Assembly: GCF_006345805.1 (NCBI RefSeq)
Contig: NC_043000.1
Location: 54,126,001-54,190,000 of the forward strand
Reading direction: 5' to 3'
Source of the DNA: Octopus sinensis
Taxonomy: Eukaryota
Length of the DNA: 64,000 nt
Shown here: piece by piece, positions 54,909 to 64,000 of the stretch
Layout: every line of letters starts with the position of its first letter
Position numbering within the stretch: position 1 is the stretch's first letter
Program-made: the position numbers and the translations under genes
Notes under the pieces: model-generated
Database searches by the model: none
What the model was told of the DNA's origin: nothing
What the model saw: the letters and a program-made list of their open reading frames with translations, nothing else

Positions 54909-57649
54909 TATATATATATATATATATTTCATGATGAGATACTTATTGCTTGAACGCCTTTCTCCATAGGTCTGCTGAATCGAGGTTGGTCTAGAAAATA
55001 CAATAACAATAATACGAAGCAATTCGAGACAATCAAATTTAAACTGAAAATATTTCTACTTCTACGCGTTTCCAGACATATGAATTCTACTTTTACGAAA
55101 TGAACAAATCAAACAGTTAATACAGAATCACTATTATTGCAAAAAATAAAGTGTGATTTAGTTTTCAAGTTCAAACAAATATCCGACTTATCTTTTTTAA
55201 AATGGGACTAACACTATATTATATCTCACGTCATTACACTTCCACACAATTAGCTGCTCTACAGTACATTTTATTGTATTTTAAGAAGAAAAAACACTTC
55301 AATAGCAAAGTCGCCAATATTTCATAGAGCTTCTTTCAAAAATCTGTTTATGGAAAAAACTCAAAGAACATTAACACTAGAATAGTAATATTAAATTAAA
55401 CTCCATAATATCTAACAGAATCTAATAAAAACTATAGCAAAGCAATAAACTTCAACATGAAAAGTCATTGATAGTAAACAAATGAAATTACATGAAAACA
55501 ACTCTGTAGACAGAAATAGAACTTATGTTACAATAGTGTGAAATATCCCACTAATATATTATCAGGTGAAATAAAGTAAACTCAACAGACCTCAAATCTA
55601 TGCTAGCACTTATTCTATTGAGAACATCCAGAATTGTGTATCATAATGTCATTACCCTCTGAATTTCAACACAAATTATTATAACAAAAACCTAGTTATC
55701 GTAAAAAATCCAGACGTTTTATAAATTCACCAAAACTAAAAGTATGATAAATCTGATGTGCTTTACGTTCATCATTTAAAATTTCAAAAGTAGAAGCCAA
55801 GCATCCTCAAATCTCCTCCAAATAACACAGAGACTATATCAACCTAAATCTTCGTTAAAGTATATTATTGCACAACATTTAGCCTGTCAGGTTTGCTATG
55901 TCACTTCTTTATCTTCTCCAACGTGCTTCACGGGGCCCTATAACAGCTCTTATATTTTTCAAATCACTCCTCTTTGCGCTTATTTCCACACCTCTGCAGC
56001 ATACATTGTCTCCCCTTCAAATACTTCGGTTCTATATGACACGAATATTCCATCATCTCTAAGAGTTCACTCATTAACGGCCTCCAAACATTATTCAAAG
56101 TCATTGACATTTTACTCTACGCTATCACAAATCTCCGATTCAGCCTGATTTAATTTGAGAGTTGTAGATGTTTACTGAACTAGTTAGATATAGTAATTAA
56201 ATATCCCTCAAATCTTACCAACGTTTCTACAAAAATGGTATATTAGATAACTTGCACTATAAGATCCTTACTCTGCTACCTGGTTTGCAATAAGCTAACG
56301 AATTTCCATCCATTGTGATTACATGTATTTATATACGCATTTATATGTATATTTACGAGGTTGTTTATTTGTATATGCTAACATAGGTGTATTTATAAAT
56401 ATATGCATACGTATACACAAGAATATGTGTATATCTTCATAAGTACCTGACATACTGCATTTCTCCTATTTTTGTTGGCTGATTAGCAATCATTAGTAAT
56501 AAAGGCAACAGTCATAATGGTAGGAAATGAGAATATTCGAAATAATAAACGCTCCCAGTGAATGAAATGCCAGCTTAGTAAGCAGTGGGTGCAAGTCTGC
56601 TTTATAGGATGGAAGACCGTTTCAGCCTTGGTTAGTAGCCCACCGAAATATTTTGTATTGATTAAAATAAACACACTGGAGGTTGTATCGTACTAGAATA
56701 AATAAATATATTGACTTATGCAAAAAGTAACCAGGTTTCCAAAGAGATAGGCTAACACAATTGTAACAGAGAGCGTATGAGTAACTTAATGTGGAAGAGA
56801 ATATGGAGTGCTTAGTAAAGTGTGAACTCACATATAGTAGACGTTTAAGAATTGAATTAAAATAGCTTGGGAATGTATGGAAAAGAATAAAGATTATATC
56901 AAAATGGAAGATGCGAGCAACATAAGTGGTAATATTGGGACTTACAATACTACATATGTTAGAAAAATACGCAAATGGTTCGAAAATGTGAAAATTAAGC
57001 ATTCATTTTGAAGGAAAGGAGAGATATTTTAGCATTTATACGAAAATTATAGATAATTCAGGACGAATTAAATAATAAATATATTGGAAAATATCTACTT
57101 AAAGCGGAAAAAAGGTGAGACTGTAACAAATATACTTTGATTATAAATAATAATGATGTTCGTAATTTAATGAAAACGTGATTGAAGACAACCTATAGTA
57201 ATGAAATATAGTAATACGGATAACTGATCGTAAAAGCTGGAAACAATGGCGATAAGCATATTGGAACATCATGCATAGTAAAATCTGGGAAAATGGAAAG
57301 CATTTTATTTGAAAAGGTTAAAGAATATATTTCAGCCCAAACTTATTTCAAGTAATTTTATAAAAGTGATCAAAAAGCCTGTATTTATCATATTGCGGTA
57401 TAGACAATGAGTCATAAGATGAAATAGATTCATTTGAGATAAAATCAAGAAAACACCTAACTATGCAATATGTGCTTCATCTAAAGGCAAATGACAGTTG
57501 TTTCATATATGAAAGGAAATGCTTGAAGATGCGGAATAAGCAACATTTCAGACTGCGTTGATGGGTGAAAAAGTTCCTTAAACAACTACTTTGCAAAAGA
57601 CAAGAATTAATTAAAAGCGTAGTAAAAGAAGTATGAGTAAATATATCAA

Positions 57650-58090
57650 AAAAGCATAATTTGTTACAGAAGGAAGTTATAGGGAAAATGCCGTTATTTG
57701 GAAGGTTTCACAGATATGCCTAAACTGGGGGAAACATAACTCATATTGGGAATGACACCAGAGAGAAATGTGGCACTAAATGCTAAAGCAGTGAGTAAGG
57801 ATATTTACCTCTTACGTAGTTTTAACAAATGAATATTGCCTGTGTAAACATTCTGTAGAGAATATTAATCATGCTGTAGCAAGCTTTGATACGTTTACCA
57901 GGAAGGAATGCATTAGGCGTATTGCTATTTACTTTGGACACATTCTACAGCAAAATGAATGTGCCACTTTAAATGAGCGGTTTGATCATGTATCGGATAA
58001 GCCTCTAAATGAACGTGGTAAATAAAAAATCCTATTGCATTTTTTCATATTCTGACAGTCAAAAATAACTGGAATTGTAGACATAGATAA
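57650..58090 (+). mobile_element. Old R4/Dong-type LINE relic (Zn-knuckle region)
   Basis: KMPLFGRFH... then YCLCKHSVENINHAVASFDTFTRKECIRR...HILQQ...RFDHVSDKPL...KILLHFFIF*QSKITGIVDI, a degraded CCHC knuckle followed by the ILWD...RPDIV-like region. May extend upstream to about 57000. Confidence 0.55.
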
Positions 58091-58165
58091 TGGTATCTAT
58101 GTCTAACATAGATACCATTATACGCCTAACATAAGACTATTTTACGGTACCTAAAAGATGTAATT

Positions 58166-58267
58166 CCTGCGACGGACTGGCGTCCCGTCCAGCTGGGGAG
58201 AACATATACTCCACAGAAACCGGGAAGCCGGGCGCATGAGCCTGGCTAGGCTTGGAAAGGGCGAAAG
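58166..58267 (+). mobile_element. 5'-truncated V-domain-type SINE with 13-bp TSD
   Basis: cctgcgacggactggcgtcccgtccag...acagaaaccgg, flanked by aaaagatgtaatt at 58153-58165 and 58268-58280. Confidence 0.8.
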
Positions 58268-61200
58268 AAAAGATGTAATTGCTTCTGTAAGTTTTAACGA
58301 ACAAGCATTAGAAAAATCTTACAATTAAGCTGTTATAACAGAAATATCAAGAATATGAGGGAAACCAGCAAATAATTCATGCTAGCTGTCATTGTAAACA
58401 TATGTTTCAAACTTAGAAAAGCTATCGCACAACGTGGAGTAGCCGTATATGAAGACAAACATGCAAAGGCTCCAGATATCTACCCTAGATTAGAACAGCG
58501 TATAATCTTAAGAATGTTCCAAGGCCTTTTGTTATTATCATTAGTTAAGAAATTCTATTGTAGTATTTACTTAAGGTCCTCAGTTTAATCATTACCGTTG
58601 TCAGTATGTCCTATCATTCTTTCTAGATCGCTAAAATAAAATATCGATCAAGTACCACGGTTGACGCAATAGACTGACTCCTCCTTCCAAATGCTTGGCC
58701 TTGTGCATAAATCAGAAATTATATGAAGGTGATACAGGAATTAGTAATTACTTGAGGATTAGTAAAACTGTTAGAACATCGGATATTTGTATATTTGTTC
58801 CAACTTTTTACGGTTTCGCTTGAAATCTCGTCGAGGTTAAGAGTGCTTTCATCCTTGTAAGTTTGGTAATAATGAAGTAGCAGTCAAGTAGCGGATTCGA
58901 ATTTATCGACTTAAGTCTTCCCGTAAATTTCCGCTCTTGTGCCTAATTCAGCAACAGTTGTTATCATTATTAGAAATAGCATTGAATTAGTATAGTGGAC
59001 AGAAGTGTAGTAGGTGTGCTAGTGATGCTGATAATTATGTCTAGAGTATAATAACATTGTAGGTGATAATGGAAGGCAGAGAGAGGGAGAGAGAGAAAGA
59101 GAGAGGACGAAAAGATAGATGGTTCATAGAAAGTAGTAATAAAAAGAAAAAAACAGTTTGTTATGAATAATTATTGTCATAATAATAAATATGTCTCAAT
59201 CCTATCGCCACCACACTTAACAGCCCAGCAGAGCAATAACAATAAGACAGGGGCAACAGCAACATGAAAACTAAGTGACCTTTAGTGAAATGAATGTTGC
59301 AGTGGCATATAATCTGAGATATACACCCGTGAGCATGCAAACAAAGAACAATTTGATAGTGCAGCTCATTGAACTGGAAAATGAAATAGTATTGGAAATT
59401 TCAATGTTTAACTACTAAACTAAAGAGAGAAATAATGAAAAAAGAACGCAATTAAAACTTGTAGTGAGGAGTAGGATGGTGGGAAATTTATTGAATCCTA
59501 TTTTCGTCTTGATTAAGTTGATTAAGTTGCATTATTGAGTAATACATTTTTTGTAATTATTTCCCCTGTCCTGATTTAATGAGTAAGCAATACATCATAG
59601 TTATCAACCGGCCAGTCAAATTATATATCTGTCAGTCTATTTACAAGTATCTGTCAAATAATCTATGAATACATACAATCATTCGTGCATACATGAAAGA
59701 TGATGCCGCCAGCAATATGCATAGGAAGGTTTACAGCGTTCTAAATGTCTATTTGAACATTTTCCCTAGACAGATATGACAATCCAACTCAGCTTAGATC
59801 CGTATCATTTTTGCTATGTATATATAAAAATAAACATCAGTTACTTCAAATTTTAGTTATTCACACAATTTTATATAAAATACTCTCGACGCGTTCATTA
59901 TCGTATTGATGCTACTGATAACAAATTACCATCAGCATAACAATGTCACTAGGTATGGTTCCTAATTTAGGCACATAACCGGAAGTTTTCAGAGAAGAAT
60001 ATTAGTTGATACTATCAACCCTGGTATTTTATTGGTACTTTATTTGGCCGACACTCTAAAGGATGAACGGCAAAGATGATCGCGACTGAATTTGATTAGA
60101 AGACGTAAAGCGCCGGTAAACAGATCGTCTTCCGTCTTTTTAAAGATTCTGCTAGATCGCTGAATTTGGGGGCATTAAATTTATGATGGCGTATGTAGTC
60201 AATTCACATAGAACTCAGTTAGTTCCTGATTAATTTTGGTGCTGTCAGATAGCTTGTGAAAAACATACTATTTTCTACATGAAACCTGTTAATGAACAGT
60301 ATTTTCCACTTGCAGTAGTATATAGTATGTAAGCTTGATTGCCGAATTGCAGTGCTTTACATCAAGCTGCTGGCTATGTGATAATGACAGCTTGCTTGAA
60401 AATGTAGATTCTAATAAATAAAGCTGCCCACTAGAATATAATGCACGGGCTGTTTCATATGATGGTTAGAGAGATATTTTTCACGGTGCCATGTTATCGA
60501 ACTGTTGCAATAGTTTTTAAGCCAACATCAAACAAAATGCCTTTTTGTTAAAACGCTATTGGAATCATGTGTTTCACAACCAACTGGTTAAATATACAGT
60601 TGATAGATAACACACTTTATCTTGAAATCTTTTGCTGTGTTGATAAAGCATCAGAACTTACAAGGACAGCAAAAGCACAGAAAATACTTGAAGCAAAAGA
60701 ATGCACGCTTAGGTGTGCAATGTTTATTACTCAAAAGACACAAAGTCTTACCATTTAGACTTTTGCCATCGGTGAGACACAAACGAAATCTCCCAATTCA
60801 TTAACTTGTTGGTATCAGAGTATCACAGAAACCCGTTAGTGTTTGAACTGCAGGAATATTCAAAACGATGCCAAGCGATTAAGAATTTCCTAAATTATTT
60901 TTGCAAAAAGTAAAAATTATCAATGCCAACTTCCAATATCATCTCTATTTATAATTCGTTAGCACCTTAAAAAATATCAGCGCTAGCAATTGGCAAAATA
61001 ATATATAAGCTGCTAAATGTTTATTTGCGCGGACAAAACCTTATTGATTTTAATTATTTACTAAGCTAATAAATTTAAACGTTAACAACTCAGCATCTCA
61101 CTCTCGTTGTTCAGCCTAAATAACCTTTTTGTTCAGACTCTCTATGCTGTGTAAGTCGCTTCCATCTCCCAGAATAAATAGCAATTCTTGCTAACGCACA

Positions 61201-63177
61201 AGTTGATGTGGTTTGCTAGATGAAAACGAAAACATAAGATGTCAAAAAGTAAGGCAGTGAAATCATTCTACAAGTACTAAAATCTCAAATGCCATTACTC
61301 AATGGTGAAGAGTTATACACCTAAATAAGAACATCATTACACATTCGCTCTAGATTTCTTTTTATTTCGCAAGAAGATCAAAACCAGTTAAAATGTTAAC
61401 ATATTCAACAAAGTGAATGTAGCCTTGCTTTTTAAAGATAAATCGGTTTTTCTGTCAGATTATGTTTGATGTGGTTTTACGTCATCAATAGTAAGAAGAG
61501 TAAGAAAATTTTATAGTTTGTCGAGATAAATATTGGAATTTAAAGGTTGGTTAACAGTGTTCCTAGGAGCAGCAGATTTTGAGATGTAAAATACGATGAT
61601 GATTAACCGAAGATGGTATCTAACTGTATCTACTACTTTTTGTGCTCCTCTAGAACACGGTAATATCATGAAGTTTGCAATTGGTATCATTCATATTTAG
61701 TTCAAGCATATAATTCATGGATACTAAAATAAAATCCATTCAAATGCAAGCTACATCACTATTAAACAACATATACAAGATTCATTTGTTGCCCAGAAAA
61801 TATATGTCATAGAGAAAAATTGTAATTTCAAATCTTGCGATGTTATTCGGTTTTCATAGGACACACAGACGTTTGGAACATGTGAAAAAACGCTGATGTA
61901 TCTCTACTCTCATCTTTGATTCAACACTTTATAGAATCCTGAAAGCATCAGACATAATCCTTTACGGCATTTAGTTTGACTCTTTGATTTCTGATTTCAA
62001 GTCCAATGGAGGTCAACTTTTTTTTCCAACATTCTGTGGCCGATAAATAGCATAGCAGTATTTATTTGTGGACAGGTAGAATAGTTAGCGCGTAAGGTGA
62101 GATACTTTGTAAACTGCTTCAGGCTGTTTGTATTCTAAATCTAAATACCTCCATGTTCTATCTGGGACTTAATACGTCATCTAGTTTTACACTACCACAA
62201 GGCACTAATTTTTAACATCCAACTGTATTTTAAAATAGGCAAAATATGCCCTCTTCAGAAAAACAAATAAATGTTACTGTTCATTCAAGGGTGATTTGCA
62301 TCGAATGTACTTAAATATATCCAGATGACTTTAGTTGTATAATTTTCGATCCCCACAATGAGAATTACAAATACATAGCTGCAAATGATGTCATATAAAG
62401 AAGTCATCACTTAAAAGATGACAGAGTATTAAGCCAATGGAAACTGTCTTCTTCCAAAAGTACAACACCCCTCAATGCATATGTGGTACCGTTATATATT
62501 TTAGCTCTTAAGTGGACTATGTTAAACTCCTGTTAAATGAATACTAAAACATAAAAGAGCATGAAGCCATATGACGGTTTTGAAATATATAGTGATATCG
62601 TAATGCTCTATCTAACAAAAAGTGAGGAATTACTTCACGATCAACCAGGAAGTGGAATCGCTCAGACTTCATATACTAAACAATGGACACAAAAACATAC
62701 ATTAACTAGTACTCAATTTTCGAGGCAAGGAACCGGATATGTGAGAAGGCTAAACAGAACAAAAAGTATTTAATTAGCAAAGACCTTGGAGGTAGCTAAC
62801 AAATCTGCTGAATTAACGTAATGCAACGAATATCTATAGCAGAGCACAATACATACAGCAAAATCTAAGTATTGGTATAAAAGATACTCTAATTTTCATA
62901 GGAATTGTTATCGCCTTTTAACTGGTAATTGTTACATCACGTCACGTTATAAACGTACAGATCCAAATGCCGCTGACGGCTATTATTGTCTTATTGAAGA
63001 AATTAGACAGCTGTCTTCAACATCTTACTGGAAATCAAGAGGCATAGCATGGAATAATATTGTCCACGTGATCAAAAGTTTCACAGATTTTCAGTATGAT
63101 TAATATCTTCCGATACATTATGATGTTGATTGTAAAACAACATACAATGCGATCACTTAGAGAGACTGCCCCTACAA

Positions 63178-63612
63178 ATAATCATTTCTATTATAGGTAC
63201 AAGGTCTGAAAACTTGGGGCAGAGGATCTGTCAATTACATAGACTGGTACTTATTTTATTGGCCCCGAAATGATGATATAGAAGTATCAAATTGTTGGAG
63301 GGGATGGGTCGATTACATCGACCCGACTATTCAATTGGTACTTATTTTATAAACCACGAAAGAATGAAAAGCAAAGTCGGCCTCGGCGGAATTTGAACTC
63401 AGAACATAATGACTGGCCGAATGCCGCAAAGCATTTCGTCCAGCGTCCTAACCATTCTACCAACTCACCGCTTTAATGATAATAATAATAATAATAATGA
63501 TCATTTCTACTATAGGCACAAGGCCTGAAATTTGATGGGAGGAGCCAGTCGATTAGAACGATCCCAGTAGCAAATGATACTTAATTTATCAACCCCGAAA
63601 GGATGAAAAGCA
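63178..63612 (-). mobile_element. Cluster of three partial SINEs of the same family as 42151-42590
   Basis: Repeated ggtacttattttat..ccc.gaaa.gatgaaa core; a minus-strand tRNA-like head near 63470 (tggtagaatgg...gagttcaaattcc). Confidence 0.8.
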
Positions 63613-64000
63613 GAGAGCGCTAACGTGCGCCAAGGCAACAACAGCGTCCTCTCAACGATTAGCTGGAGATGATTTTTAAAATGAGAATATCTGAAATAAG
63701 CTCGACTGTTCTCACAAACGAACCCGACCGCTCTCAAAATTTAAGTAAAAAAAAGTAGAAAAAATAATCCAGAATCCTTCTCTGGTACCTGATCGATCCC
63801 AATAGTAGTCATGGAATGTGAAGGTGGCTGTCGAAAATTTAGGAACAGTAATATATAGTTTATCCTTATCTAATACATGCCAAATTCACCATTCAAAATA
63901 GTTTCATATGCGGAGGTAATAATAAGTTCTACTCAAGAATTTTTATATGAATAGCATGAGACCTTTTTGTTTTCTCTTCTCTTAAATTCCGGGCTTCTTG

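Overview
64 kb of AT-rich, microsatellite-saturated eukaryotic DNA. The SINE families and the (AT)n/(AGAT)n/(CA)n load point to an octopus (coleoid cephalopod) genome; that is an inference, not a database result. No complete protein-coding gene can be recognised. Most ORF-track entries are microsatellite translations or decayed transposon frames. Supportable content: two RTE-type LINE fragments, a Tc1 (DD34E) transposase pseudogene, a maT/DD37D-like relic, R4/Dong-type and L1/Tx1-type LINE 3' fragments, small TA-flanked MITEs, many tRNA-derived SINEs, two near-identical tandem duplications, several fold-back inversions, and a few weak candidate exons of an unidentified spliced gene. The most unusual signal is four different short elements that each carry a minimal type-I hammerhead ribozyme (HHR) motif; three end at (TA)n tracts. 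One has the C3:G8 core pair swapped to G3:C8, and the fourth is fused behind a tRNA-derived Pol III head. A 272-bp loop-less, indel-free palindrome with strand-biased G:U-compatible substitutions is also notable.
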